From: Octopus sinensis
Lineage: Eukaryota
NCBI RefSeq assembly: GCF_006345805.1
Contig: NC_043019.1
Coordinates: forward strand, 17,669,360 to 17,733,359
Direction of reading: 5' to 3'
Length of the DNA stretch: 64,000 nucleotides
Below the pieces are notes generated by a model. That model saw nothing but the letters and a program-made list of their open reading frames with translations. It did not search any database and was not told the DNA's origin. Position 1 is the stretch's first letter, and each line of letters starts with the position of its first letter. Both the position numbers and the translations under genes were made by a program. Below, one piece after another: positions 49,075-63,203 of this stretch.

Positions 49075-49500
49075 AGTTAAAGAATTTCAAGCCCTTCTGA
49101 ATGGACTTGACATAAACATTCATTTACGATGGAATATAGCCACCAACAACTACCATTCGTCGACATCCTCATCAAGAAATCCAAAAACAAAATAGAAATT
49201 GACATCTATTATAAGCCCAAGGACTCGCAGCAATATCTGCCATTCAACTCTTGCCAACCCAGACACACTAAAATGAATATCCCTTACAACCTGGCAAAAA
49301 GGATTTGTACTATAGTATCTGTTACAAGCACCAGGAACACATGACTACATGAGCTAAAGGATACACTCATCAGCAGGAACTACTAACCATCACTATTTGA
49401 TATAGGCTTTCATCGTGCTCAACAACTCAACATCCAGGAACTGAGACACTCCAGACTAAGGAAGGATTTACAACCAAATGCTCTGCCATACATATTTTAT
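49075..49500 (+). mobile_element. Penelope-like element RT C-terminal remnant
   Basis: NIHFTMEYSHQQLPFVDILI...DIYYKPKDSQQYLPFNSCQPRHTKMNIPYNLAKRICTI. Confidence 0.85.
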
Positions 49501-49587
49501 ATCTTGGACACAGAGTTACCCAAGGTTTCGTATCCACTAAGTCTTGTGGACAGCTCGTGTGTATGTGTATGTGTGTGCGTGTGTGTG

Positions 49588-49850
49588 TGAAGGCACGTGG
49601 CTTAGTGATTAGGGTGTTGCACTCACGATTGTGAGATCGTGGGTTCAATTTTCTGACCGGGCGTTGTGTTGTTTTTAAGCAAAGCACGTCATTTCACGTT
49701 GCTCTGCTCTCATTTCGTCATCTGACATGTGGAACAATTGTGCACCTGTACAGGTAATGTCGATTTGATGGAAGGAGTGGGCTTATGTGAATACAAACAT
49801 TTGATCACTATAAACAAATTCATCTATGTGGTTGTTCGACGGGTGAGTCC
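49588..49850 (+). mobile_element. SINE family E
   Basis: GAAGGCACGTGGCTTAGTGATTAGGG head. Confidence 0.75.
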
Positions 49851-49870
49851 ATAATATATGAACACATATA

Positions 49871-51035
49871 CTAGATGAATTACCCGGTAATACCCGACAA
49901 AGCAGCGGTTAATCCCAGTTTCCATTCCTATCCCACTGTTCAGTTCCCGTTTTAGTTCCACCCCCATTCCTATCCCCAATCCTGTCAGTATATAAAGTTT
50001 AGAATCAGTCAGATGTAATTCAGCCATTAAATGTTTTATTACCCTTTATGGTAATAGTTTATTGCTAAAAATTGTAGATGAATAAGGATTGTCCCATATT
50101 ACTTTAACAAACAATTATGCATCAGAGTTAAATAAATTAGATAAAGACAGATCTACAAATACTTTGACAAATAGTCCGCGTATTGTAGCTGGCGTTGTCG
50201 CTTGTAGTAGCTTATCGTAGTTGGTTTGTCCCCATGTGTTACAGCTCCACTCACTAAAGAGCGGGGCCCATCATAGATTTTTATTGAAATCCAATTCTCC
50301 GTTAATGCAACTGGATGTTAGGAACAAATTAAGAACAAAATTGGATTTAACGCGGAAAATTAGTTCAAAACACCAGATTTGAAAAATTTGACGTAATTTA
50401 AAAATCTCACAATATGTGTCAGAAACAGGGAAGACCCTACAAAAGTGGAGAGTCAGAGAGTCATAGGACGTCCCACACATATCTACAAACGTACACACAG
50501 GTAATCACGAGTTTAAACTGGTGTATAGAAGACATATGTATGTATGTATGTATGTATGTATGTTATGTGTGTCTATGTGTGAGTGTTTCTTTGCGATGGA
50601 CAGCAGAAAAGCCACCTATCCCCTCTCTCCTTAAAGCTACGTATTCCTCACACCCACCTTTGTGTGTGTTGTATCTATGTATTTATGAAAGTATGTATGC
50701 AGCGTCACGTGTTTATGACAGCTTTATAAACTTCCCCATCCCATTTTCACCGCTGTTCTCGCCTTCACTGATATGACTCACCTGCTCTATGTTACTACCT
50801 GAGACTTATACTTTTTGCAACCTCCTCATTTTATCAAATAATTCGCCCAACACTCCCTCCCCCAGGGTGGGGCACATTATAGATTTTTTTTTTATTGAAA
50901 TCAAATTAAGCCTATTATTGAACTGAATGTTAGTGTCACATGTATGCAAAGTTTCGTGAATATTGGTAAGCTAGTTTAGGCAGTAAGTTGGTAACAGACA
51001 GACGGACATAAATTGCCGGCCACTAAACATTTTTT
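49871..51035 (-). mobile_element. possible non-autonomous Helitron-like element
   Basis: CTAG end with a nearby GC-rich hairpin-like CCCGG, internal microsatellites and an ACAGACAGACGGACA block. Boundaries uncertain. Confidence 0.35.
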
Positions 51036-51199
51036 ATTTTCTCTCCTTGTTTCTTTCTGTGGAAGAGCATAGGCTCAAAACGTTAAAGACTTCTTCAATT
51101 CCTGAGCATTAAACTAATACATCTGTTTGTTGTCTACACCACCTGTCTTCGTCTTTTTTTTTTTTGTGAATTTACATATATATACATATATATATATAT

Positions 51200-51540
51200 A
51201 ATTAAATAAGGGTAGAAATTGATATTAATCAATTAAAACCTGTGGCCTAGCATATTTTAAAAAAAATCCAAAGATTGAAAATTTTATACATACAAAATTT
51301 AGAGGACTGACCAATAATAGTGGACAGCCTGTATGCTAGAAATAGACGTCAAACTCACCATTTACCAGGAAGAATGTGTTCTCAAGAAAAAATTCAGCAA
51401 AAAACCAAAGTTTAAAAATAAGCAAGACAAATGAAAATATACGAAATAAAAAATTACCTACGTACTAATTAGTTTCACTTGTTAATATTTACGTCTATGG
51501 ATACACAAACATTTGCAAGATCGTCATTCCTCTAAATTTT
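51200..51540. mobile_element. second copy of the 6995-7625 pLTR-like family, with a truncated hammerhead and a short terminal inversion
   Basis: Shares AAAATTTAGAGGACTGACC...GTACTAATTAGTTTCACTTG. Ends with CCTCTAAATTTTATAC, the reverse complement of an internal segment. Confidence 0.8.
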
Positions 51541-51568
51541 ATACATATATATATATATATATTATATA

Positions 51569-51645
<77 letters not shown>

Positions 51646-51654
51646 TATATATAT

Positions 51655-51764
<110 letters not shown>

Positions 51765-51781
51765 ATATATTATATATATAT

Positions 51782-51813
<32 letters not shown>

Positions 51814-51837
51814 TTATATTATATATATATATATATA

Positions 51838-51887
<50 letters not shown>

Positions 51888-52032
51888 ATATATATATACC
51901 GGAGTAAACACATAAATGTGAAACAAGGTGGAAAAAAGAGTACTCAAATACCAGTGGTAGAGTAATATGCTTTATTTTAAGCAGCAGAAAATTCAACAGA
52001 TTTTGTTGAATTTTCTGCTGCTTAAAATAAAG

Positions 52033-52099
<67 letters not shown>

Positions 52100-52102
<3 letters not shown>

Positions 52103-52395
52103 AGGCACAATGGCCCAGTGGTTAGGGCAGCGGACTCGCGGTTTCGATTCCCAGACCGGGCGTTGTGAGTGTTTATTGAGCGAAAACACCTGAAGCCCCA
52201 CGAGGTTCCGGCAGGGGATGGTGGTGACCCCTGCTGTACACTTTCGCCACAACTTTCTCCCACTCTTTCTTCTGTTGGCCTGCTCGCTTAGCCAGTGGGG
52301 TGGTGTCATTTGAAGGCTAAAACAATGCGAAACGCATTGTGATCAGCGATGTGTAGCAACATCTGATAACCTGGTCGGTCATGGTGATCACGGTG

Positions 52396-52397
<2 letters not shown>
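52100..52397 (+). mobile_element. SINE family C, tail type 2
   Basis: Matches 21935-22225. Confidence 0.88.
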
Positions 52398-52426
<29 letters not shown>

Positions 52427-53239
52427 TATTTGTATATGTATGTATTTTCTCTCTCGCTCTCTCTCTCTCTCACTTACTCCCTTAATATTATTAATTTTCA
52501 TTTTTCCTTTTTTCCTTCTCATTCTCCCAATTAATGCCAAATACTATAAATTGCATCGCCATCCATTGTAAATTTGTATTATCTAAAAACGTTTGCCTGA
52601 AGAATTACAGACAGGAGGTTCTGTATCTTTTTCTCCATGTAAATGTGACCCCTATTTTGCAATGAAACATGCAATTAGAAATATACCAAATTTTTCCCAG
52701 TCTTTGTCTTGGTATGTACACCCGTGTGACCCCTTGCATGTGTTTGTGGGTGTGTGTGCACTAACAATCAGTGACCTTTTTAAGGGTTCAGCCTTGTGTT
52801 CTAAGTCACTTCGGATTCAGATCTGCTGAAAAATTATGGGTGTGTGGTCTAGTGTGCATGTTGGTGCACTTGAGTCAGCTCTGTGAGTGAGTGTATATGT
52901 TCGTGTGTATGTATGTGTGTGTGTTTGTGAATGTGTTAGTGTTTGCTTATATGAGTCTATTCCAGTGCGTGTGTGTTTGCATATGTGCTTGTGCGTGTGT
53001 GGTGTGGCATTTTCTGTTTTTGAATAGGTGAGCATCTGTGCGTATGCTTGTGTGTATATATGTGTGTGCGCTGGCATTCGTATTTGTGCACATGTATCTG
53101 TGCAGTAAGTGTGCATGTGATTGTGTGTGTGTATGTGTCTGTGGAGTATGTGTGTGTGTGTGTGTGTGTAACTAAGTCCGCTGTTAGTATGTTAATCTTT
53201 TACATTGTGTGATAAAGCAGACTTCTTGTGAATAACAGA

Positions 53240-54140
53240 TTTGGAAGACATAGGTTTCTTGTAATAGGAGTGGAGGAGATGAACTTTGTTGTTTGTAGTT
53301 TCTAACCAAAGTTTGCTATCAAGAACAGGGAGTCTATTATACTCAAATGAATGGTGTTGGCTATCTGCTGAATGCTCTGTATTGTACCCTTCTTGGCATC
53401 CTTGACACCAACAAATGGGGTTGCCCTAAATGCTTCTTGCTTCATGTTCTTACTTGAAGTGGTAAGTGGTCCCAGAGACATCACTATGCATAGAGCAGAC
53501 CAGCACCCCTACCCACTGCTCTCCATTACTGGCAGTCCCGTGCTAACCCCTCTGCATCATCTAAGGTGACATTGACCCTCGGGAGATTTTCTCCAACTCC
53601 GTCCAGCCATCTGGTGCAGGGCCTGTCACAAGGCTTCCTTCAGCCCACAACTGAAGTATGAAAGTAAAGCCCTGACAGGATGATCTAGTGGGAAATAAAG
53701 GATATGCCTGTATCAGCACATGCAGTATGGATAGCTAGGGGGTGGTTGGCTGTGAACTGGGGTGTGTGTGCACATGCATTTCTTTGTCCTCACTCGAACA
53801 TTAATATCATCAACACGCCTACAGTATAATATAACGGCTATAGAGTGTTCATCTAGAGGTTGCCTAAGTTTTTTCTCCCACCAGATCATGAAGAGGCTAG
53901 CCATGTCCCCATCCACACTGATACCGTTGGCTGCTCCTTGAATTTGCATACATAGTTTCTTGTTGAACTTGATTATGTGGTTTTCCAAAGTAATATTTGC
54001 ACTTCCGCCTACAGCATGTGCAATCATCTTTTACAGCTGATTGTTGTTCTCTAGATCTTGTGAGAACATAGTCCAATCACTCCAGCATTGTGTGGTGCTC
54101 TTCTTTGGTGCCGATGTGATGGTAGGTGATCTACTAAATT
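53240..54140 (-). mobile_element. degenerate Penelope-like RT remnant
   Basis: IKFNKKLCMQIQGAANG...LFMIWWE...YCRRVDDINV and FRATPFVGVK. Confidence 0.6.
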
Positions 54141-54848
54141 CAAACTTCAATACGCATAGTATGTAGTGTATATACATTTGTGCATACATATACACGTGCA
54201 CACTCACACATACACATACAAACATATGCCTAAATATCGAATAAACAAAAGAAACAGTAAAGTCCTTGCAATTCCAAGATGCAACCAAAAATGTAGATTA
54301 TGTAATATTCCTGTGAAAGACATCACAGGTGTGATTAGCCTGTGCCCAGAAATGACATCAAAGTACTTAAATATAGAACTGTATTAGCTTAATAAATCTT
54401 GTTTCACTATGCAAGATCATCTTATTGCAGGAATATTTAGCAGTTCAAGAACACCTAGAAATTGAACCTGGATCACTATCTGATGTAAAAACAAAACAAA
54501 ACAAACAAAAGATGAATGCAAAAAAAAAATTGACTACTCAGATATCTTGTAAGAAGAGGATCTAATTAAACAATTTCATCCATGGCACGTTTATTCTGAT
54601 AAGGACAGAGGCATTCAGTGCATTTTGGCCATTAGCCAGCAGAATGCATAGTAGTGAAAACAATGAACATCGACAATGACACAGCAGCACGGCCTTTACA
54701 ATTTGTGATCTAAAGGAAAGAACCCTACAGCCCCAGCTTTCAACAACGTCACTACTGTCATTCTCAACTGCAGTTTCATCTCATACAAACTGTGTGTAAA
54801 TACCTTTACTGTCAACTCAACTAATATAATATAATGAAATTATTGTAT

Positions 54849-55270
54849 ACAGGCGCAGGAGTGGCTGTGTGGTAAGTAGCTTGCTAACCAACCACATGGT
54901 TCCGGGTTCAGTCCCACTGCGTGGCACCTTGGGCAAGTGTCTTCTGCTACAGCCCCGGGCCGACCAATGCCTTGTGAGTAGATTTGGTAGACGGAAACTG
55001 AAAGAAGCCTGTTGTATATATGCATATATATGTATATGTATGTGTGTGTGTGTGTGTGTTTGTGTGTTTGTGTTTGTCCCTCTAGCATCGCTTGACAACC
55101 GATGCTGGTGTGTTTACATCCCCGTCACTTAGCGGTTTGGCAAAATAGACCGATAGAATAAGTACTGGGCTTACAAAGAATAAGTCCTGGGGTCGATTTG
55201 TTCGACTAAAGGCGGTGCTCCAGCATGGCCGCAGTCAAATGACTGAAACAAGTAAAAGAGTAAAAGAGCA
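54849..55270 (+). mobile_element. SINE family A, full length
   Basis: Near-consensus copy with (TAAAAGAG)2 tail and no TSD. Confidence 0.92.
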
Positions 55271-55509
55271 ATGCTATAAGTACATATTTTGGATTCTCAG
55301 TCTTTTGCTCAAAGGAGCTTTGGAGACATTAATACCAGTTGATTAAATCAACCCCAGTTGGATAGAAGGCAAAATTGATTTTGTTGGGTCTTGAACCTAA
55401 ATGTAATGAGTCAGAACTAAATACTGTGAGGCACTTTGTCTCAAGCTCTAAGAATCCTGCTAGTCATTCATCTTAACTCACAGGTGATTTATTCCACTTG
55501 TGCTTATAG

Positions 55510-56095
55510 TGAAGGCACATGGCTCGTTGATTAGAGCGTTGGATTTACAATCATGAGGTAGTGAGTTCGATTCCTGGACCAGACTGTGTGTTGTGTTCTT
55601 GAACAAGACACTTCATTTCATGAGGCTCCACTTCACTCAGCTGTAGAAATGAGTTGCGACGTCACAGGTGCCAAGCTGTATCGGCCCCTTTGTCTTTCCC
55701 TCGAACAACAAATGTGGCATGGACATGGGAAACTGGTATGCATAGAAGGCGGCGAGCTGGCAGAATCGTTAGCACGTCGGCCGAAATGCTTTGCGGTATT
55801 TCGGCTGCCGTTATGTTGTGAGTTCAAATTCCGCCGAGGTCGACTTTGCCTTTCATCCTTTCGGGGTCGATAAATTAAGTACCAGTTACGCACTGGGGTC
55901 GATGTAATCGACTTAATCCGTTTGTCTGTCCTTGCTTGTCCCCTCTGTGTTTAGCCCCTTGTGGGTAGTAAAGAAATAGGTATGCATGGATGACTGTTGG
56001 TCTTCCACTAAACAATCTTGCACAGACTTGTGCCTCTGAGGGGAACTTTCTAGGTGCAATCCCTTCATCACTCGCAGCCGATGGTGGAGGGTCTT
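55510..56095 (+). mobile_element. SINE family E interrupted by a full-length family B copy (55744-55978)
   Basis: Family B TSD GGTATGCAT at 55735-55743 and 55979-55987. Confidence 0.85.
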
Positions 56096-56288
56096 TACTC
56101 CTTACCCTTTATTTATAGTTCCAAATTGGTTCATGCTAACACAAACCTTTACTAATTTTCCCTTTCTAATGATAATCTTTGTTTGATTCCCAGAACATTT
56201 CCTTAAAATATATTGATAAAATCCAATTAGTTTTCATGTTAATGTTTTCTAAAATTTCATTTTTTAAAAAATTTCAACTAGTGCAGTG

Positions 56289-56419
56289 ATGGGCGATAAC
56301 TTTGGATATATTGAGGACCCTTCAGACACCAGCATTGAAAAAGCTCCAAAGGATGAAGAAAGCAAGACGGAAGAAATCAGAAAGCGTTTTTCCATCATAG
56401 CCTATATCTCATATGAAGG
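56289..56419 (+). CDS. orphan candidate first coding exon of an unidentified gene
   Basis: T-rich tract and AG acceptor at 56280-81, ATG at 56289, open 43 codons (MGDNFGYIEDPSDTSIEKAPKDEESKTEEIRKRFSIIAYISYE), then a strong GG|gtaagt donor. GC is higher than in the flanks. Confidence 0.6.
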
Positions 56420-57730
56420 GTAAGTCTTTTCAATGAAATCCACACAACGAACGTCTCTTTTATCTTTTACTTGTTTCAGTCGTCAGACTCCAGGACTTAC
56501 TTTTTTAAAGCTTAGTATCTATTCTATAGGTCTCTTTTGCTGAACTGCTAAGTTATGGGGATGTAAACTCACCAACACCAGTTGGCAAGTGGTGGTGGGG
56601 TGACAAACACAGACACAAAAACACACACACAAAAATATATATATATATATTAGTTATACGATATAGTGCATATTTATACACATAAGGAATCCACTTAGCG
56701 TGAGATTCAAAACATTAGAGAGAACAGCTAGGTTCTATAAACCACAAAAATAAGGGACAAAATTCGACAGGAATAAATTTGGAAATGAAAAACATTTACC
56801 ATCAAATTTATTCCTGTCGAAATTTGTCGAATTGATATCCTTTAAAAAAAATACATGTTTACTATGGACTTCCAGTAGCACATGCACAATGATATACAGT
56901 AACTGGTATGAGCGCTGCGGAAGGTATGCCTGTACATGTGCCCCCCCAAAGAATTTCTTTTATCATAACTTTTCGAAAAATTTATTCTTTTTTATCAAAT
57001 TTTCTAACAATACGCTTTAGATGGTGTAGATTCTGTTTGTATTGAAATTTGTTGTGGAAAAATATTTTGAGGAAGAAATTATGATGTGTGTCCGTATGTA
57101 TGTGTGCTATCCCAACAATTTCACTTTTCACATTAAATTCCGATTTAAACATAATTTCCACGCTCTGAACGACATTTGTAGAAATTTTCATTTAAAATAT
57201 TCAGTTTCCCGAAAGTTATAAGGAAACAAAATCTACTCGTATGAATTTTCTGAAATTCTTTTCCCCACTTCCCCGAAAATTATTTCTCACAACAAATTCT
57301 GATATAATTGGATTCTGCATCATCAAAAGCGTATTTGTAGAAAATTTCATTAAAAAATATCCATTTTTCTGGATGTTACAAGGAAACAAGTTGGCGGGGC
57401 ATGTGCCCATTGCTTTCACATGAGTAATACTAAGATTACATTGGTGTTGTATATCTAAATGTAGGCTTACATCACTTCACTTTCTTTTTTTGTATGTAAC
57501 AATATTAATTGTATAACCGCATGTTATATATATACCAAGAATATACTTCTAGCGTTTGGCTTGCATCAAAAGGGTGACAATAATATGAATGTGATGGGCT
57601 CAGTTTTTCTCTCCATATAAATGTAACGGTATTTACGACGATATTGTGTTTAGTAACGAATACTAACTATATTAAAAATACATTGAAGTTAGTGTGTAGT
57701 GAATCTTGAAACAGAACTGTTCCCATAGTG

Positions 57731-58502
57731 GGATCTTTTCTTTTTGAACGGCAGTTTGTAACATAATTTCTAGATAACTAAAAAGTTTTAAACTTCGTAT
57801 ACTGGTAGAATGTGTTTATAAAACATCATTTTCTCTTGGTTTTATTGAGAAAATTCTATAGTTTGTAAGATATTTCGTCTGAAAATCCGAGCATTTCGGC
57901 AATTTTAACCAATCGATTACCTCCATTGAACTAAAATCATTTGCTGCGTCTAAAACTGAGACAACATCCTGTCACTAAACCTAAACCTAACCCTAATTTT
58001 TTTTTCTTAATTGCTAATTTAATTTAATTGTTACGCGTGTAAAAAAAGCGAAAGCAATGGAAAATAATTTAAACAATTAACATAAAAAATAATTCTATAA
58101 TTTTATACACACGCTTTCCGTACGTATACGGAAAGCGTGTGCATAAAATTATAGAATTATTTTGTTTGTTAATTGTTTAAATTATTTTCCATTGCTTTCG
58201 CTTTTTTTACACGCGTAACAATTAAATTAAATTAGCAATTAAGAAAAAAAAATTAGGGTTAGGTTTAGGTTTAGTGACAGGATGTTGTCTCAGTTTTAGA
58301 CGCAGCAAATGATTTTAGCTCAAAAGAGAGCATAGGATTGGTTAAAATTCGAAAAATTAAACTACGTTAAACAAACAAATTACAATTTTCTCAAGAAAGC
58401 CAAGAGAAAAAAATGTTTTATTTTGACACATTCTACCAGTATACGAAGTTTAAAAGTGTTTAGTTAACTAGAAATTGTCTGCCGTTCAAAAGGAAAAGAT
58501 CC
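57731..58502. mobile_element. fold-back MITE with 8-bp TSD
   Basis: TIR GGATCTTTTCYTTTTGAACGGCAG, TSD CCATAGTG (57723-30 / 58503-10), an internal near-perfect palindrome centred near 58125 and CCTAAA/CCCTAA repeats. Confidence 0.92.
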
Positions 58503-60045
58503 CCATAGTGGAACAATGGTTTTTCTCTGACAGCAGTTTTACATTTTCCAGATGTCTTCAGCTAGGCCGAAATAATGTTTTCGCTACTTGACCCTTTCTA
58601 ACTTCTTCTACTTCACCAAAAGTGAGAATAGAGATAACAAGACCACCAACTAAGTCTATTGTTCTCAATGATATATCTATCCTTCAGGATCTTTATATAA
58701 GCAAGCACACTCCAAGCAAAAATCAGTTAGTCCCTTGTCGACAACTGAACGGGGCAGCTCGTGACGACTCAATTAGTTAAGGAAAGAACTGCTAGAATAT
58801 AATGGTCAGCGAGAGAAATGAAAATTCCTACCAGCAACTGTCAGACAACACCCTGCAATTCTCTCTTACAACATCATTCTATCTCTCTCTGCAATAACTA
58901 CTAAACAATGAAGAAGACACAAACACAAACTTTACTTCGCATGCTTTTGGATTTATCATAACCTACCCGTCGAGGCAAGGTATTTGTAATGTAACGGTAA
59001 ATAAATATTTCCTCTAAACTTCATGCATTGTCCATCTTTCACATCTTACAGTATGCAACCATAACAACAACTTTGTACCGTCACAAATACTGACACCAAC
59101 ATCAATATAAAATTGTTTACCAATTAATTTCAATCCGTTACAAATGTGTCAAATCGCCCCCAACCGCTGCGATTTGACTCACAAGCAAAGCACATTGTGT
59201 ATGTTTTCGATAATGTTTATAACACTCGTACTGCTTCAAAAACATATTTGAATTTATTTCTACACATGCATCGTTCGGACATACGAGATGTTTTTTTTTT
59301 TAAATATTATTTTAAATATAGTAATGGACAGGCAATTAAATTTGCTTCCGGTTCGCTTCGGGTATGCGATGTTGATAAGCCGTAAAAATGACGAAACATC
59401 ACTATCCATCGTTCCTGAATGGGATTGGCGGTGAGTTGTCTCGCCTCTCTATGACTATGTCCATCAGGTGTTTTAACACCCGGCGCTTTGAGAGGATCAT
59501 CTTCACCGCGTTATTTCGCAGCCGACCGGCGAACAAGCAAAGCACATACATTGAGTATGTGTGTTCAATGACACAAGTCTGCATTTTAAAATGAAGTAAA
59601 TTATGATTGTCTTTTTACAGGTGATTCTGAACAATTTTTTTTGCTGATTTGAAATATGGTTTTAGTATTTGCCTATCACCTACAGATTTGGCATAATCGA
59701 AGTCTGCAGAGAAATTTGTTAACTTCGGACATGTCTGTTGCAAGTTTGTATATGCGTTTGTGAACGAATGACATTGGCAGGGCAGGGCAAATGTCTTTCA
59801 TTTTTATTTTTTTTAGATAAAAATGAAATGAAAAGTAAACATAAAAAATATGCACAGAAAAAGTTGCGTGAGTCACTTTTGCGAAGCCATGCGTGCAAAA
59901 CAGCTTGGTTGCAATTCGTTGTTGAGTTGCCGGTTTTTACTGGACCGTGAAATACGACTGTTTGGTCCATGTCAGCCGCTATTTCAGCTGAAGTAATTTT
60001 TCAGCGCTTTTGATATGCCGTATGCTCATAGTAAATTGTGAAGTA

Positions 60046-60540
60046 CAGTGATCCCTCGCTACTTCGCAGTTTCAACTATCGCGGATTCACGACTTCGCTG
60101 ATTTAATATATATATCTAATGTACGATAAAATTTTTCATTAAATCCATTAAAATATTAATAATAAATATTATTTCCTAGTCTAGGAACAACAAAACAAGT
60201 GTAAAATAGCAAAAAATGCATATACAGGGGTATTTGAACTTAAGACGGGCTGTGATTGATGCAATGGAGAGAGACGACGAATCACAGCTTTCTGTTTTGT
60301 AATCTGGCCTGTAACAGTAACAATCTTTATTTTTTAAAAATCTAAGTGTTGTTGCTCAACAGTTGTCCTTGTTATTGATAGACTACTGTAATGGGTGGGT
60401 TGTTAACAGTACAGGGAGGGTTTTAAAAGTCAAAATACACGTTAAATAAATACTGTAAATATGGTGTCCCTACTTCGCGGAAATTCAGTTATCGCGGTCG
60501 GCCTCGGAACCAATCTACCGCGATAAACGAGGGATCACTG
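60046..60540. mobile_element. Tigger/pogo-like (Tc1-mariner superfamily) MITE
   Basis: TIR CAGTGATCCCTCG at both ends, TA TSD. Confidence 0.9.
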
Positions 60541-61038
60541 TATAATGAAGGTGTCTGCTGAGTTTTGCTGCCTAGCTTTCATCTGTGTTGGAATATACTA
60601 CGATGCTCATTAGTTGGAGCATGGCATTCGCAGTGAAGTGTTTTCCTTCCTAGGAATAGGCGTAAGTGACTTGCTGACGAAAGAAAGCTGTTGGTTTCCT
60701 GCACGAAGTAGTTAACGCAAAAAGAATGTAGTTAAATGCGTTGAATGGACGATTTGGTGAAGTACTTCTGCCAAGTAAGTTGAGCGCCTAAACCAACGAG
60801 GAAATCACCATTGTACGTGTCTATTAGTAGTCAAAGGAAATAGAAGAAATGAAAGTAAGAAGATAAGCTTCTATGTTTATAGTATTTGAGGAGGAAATAT
60901 CCTGAATACCATAAAACGTTGCCATTCTATTTGAACAGAAATTAGTTGAAACCAAGCAAATGAAGGATATGTAAGGATTAAATACTGACTGTAATAGCGA
61001 ACTTGGAGAAGTTGAAGATCAACTTCAATCCGGAATCA

Positions 61039-61452
61039 GGATCTTTTCGGTTTGAACGGCAGTTTTTAACATAATTTCTAGGTAACTAAACAATTTTAAA
61101 CCTCGTATACTGGTAGAATGTGTTTATAAAACATCTTTTTCTCTTGGCTTTATTGAGAAAATTCTATAGTTTGTAAGATATTTGTTGTTTTTTTCTTCAA
61201 TTTCTGCAATTTCAACCAATCAGTGACGTCTATTGAGGTAAAAAGCATTCTGTGCCGTATGAATATGTCCCTCGTTTAAGAAACAGGTTGGGTTTATTTA
61301 CATTTGTGAAGAAAAAAGATGCCTTTCTCCCACCCCTAACCCTAACCCTAAAACAGATTGAAATGCAATAGATCGATACTAGGGTCATAATTATGGCTGA
61401 CAATTTCATATGACACCGCTAGAAAAAACTGCCGTTCAAACCGAAAAGATCC
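61039..61452. mobile_element. MITE related to 57731-58502, with 8-bp TSD
   Basis: TIR GGATCTTTTCGGTTTGAACGGCAG, TSD CGGAATCA (61031-38 / 61453-60), internal CCCTAACCCTAACCCTAA. Confidence 0.93.
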
Positions 61453-62177
61453 CGGAATCATATTGGAGAGAAAAAGAGAATTTGCTCGGTGTTGGCAGGT
61501 ACATTTGACTGCTATTTCAAGCAAGAGGAAAGATGCGCCTAAGCTAACGGTGTTCTCAACGTGATGGCCTGTAGAGGAAGGGGTTGCGGTGGTGAGGATT
61601 GTATATATGTCGACTTTTACCCGCGTTGATCTTTTCTCCTCGTGGTGGTAGTTGTGGTTTAAGGATGTCGATTGTACAGAGGGTCACCAATGTCGCGTGA
61701 GGTATTGTGTGTGTGGTTTGGTGACCCCCGACATTTAACAGAAGATTTTGTTATTACACAGAGAGTTTAACTATGTTGATCTTTTTACAAATAATGGTTT
61801 CAAATAACGACAGCTATAATTACAGACTTAGAGAGACACACTGCTTGGAGTTTACGGCAAGCTTGCTGATACAACAACACGTGGCTGGCCTAACATGGCT
61901 GGAAACACTCGTGCCACGTTTCTCGCGACGGAGATTCCTATCGTCTGTTTGCCATCTGTTTTAACAGGCTTCTTGGATCGAATGGTTGGTATTTCTTTGT
62001 GTCTGTAATGTAAATGGATATGATACATCTGTTATTTACTATCTTAATTTTTAGATCAGTTCAAATATATGTGGAATATATTTGACTAGTAATAAGGCTA
62101 TTTTCACTGAGAGTTGTCGTGGAAAAATTCTGGCTTTGGGCAATAGGTTTTAAAACACTAATGGATATTTCAGTTTT

Positions 62178-62594
62178 GGATCTTTTCGGTTTGACCGGCA
62201 GTTTTTTAAAATAATTTCCACGTAACTAAACACTTTAAAACTTCGTATACTGGTAGAATGTGTTTATAAAACATCTTTTTCTCTTGGCTTTATTGAGAAA
62301 ATTGTATAGTTTGTAAGATATTTGTTGATTCTTTTCTTCAATTTCTGCAATTTCAACCAATCAATGACGTCTATTGAAGTGAAAACATTCTGTGCCGTAT
62401 GAATATGTCCCTCGTTTAAGAAACAGATTGGGTTTATTTACATTTCTGAAGAAAAAAAGATACCCTTCCCCCCACCCCTAATCCTAACCCTAAAACAGAT
62501 TGAAATGCAATAGATCGATACTAGGGTCATAATTATGGGTGACAATTTCATATGACACCGCTAGAAAAAACTGCCGTTCGAACCGAAAAGATCC
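62178..62594. mobile_element. second copy of the 61039 MITE
   Basis: Same TIRs and body. No TSD visible. Confidence 0.9.
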
Positions 62595-63203
62595 ATAATA
62601 TCGGTCGACAATTAGACAATTAGACAACGTTGTTCCTGTTGTAGATTTTACTCTGTTCCAACAGAAGCTCTTTGCGATAAGCAAATGTACCAAAAATTGT
62701 AATTCAGCTTGGTTGAAAACCATCATAAAAATATGGTCATGCAACAAGTCCGCTACGTTCGCTTACACCAGAAGTTCTCAACCGGGTTCCATATGGCCCT
62801 TGGCGTTCCAGATAAGATTTTGTTGTTAAAACTGATCTGCAATAAATTGGTTATACTTCTACAAGAAAGAAAATATCTTAGCGATTTTTTAAAGACAATT
62901 CTTAATATTTAATTATAAAAAATATATAATCGCATTTTTTAAACATTGAATAATTATGAGGGTCCACCAGAATAAAATAGGAACCAAAAGGGTCCCTAGA
63001 TGTAGCTTAAGCTACTAGGACCATTGAAATCTGATACTGTTGGTGAGTGAAAATGCGCAACAAATCGGTTTGAAGATTCTGTACTGATTTTAACAAGAGA
63101 GAGAGAGATATATATCAGGTTACGTAATGAAATGGCCATCGCTTATTGGGTGAAATCGGAGCAAGAGGAATGTTATGATAGTTGTCTACCCAAATTCATA
63201 ATA

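Noticed and set aside
59100-60000. short ORFs as a host gene
   Set aside because: No splice-consistent frame or recognisable domain. More likely a decayed DNA-transposon interior into which the Tigger-like MITE inserted, but too uncertain to annotate.
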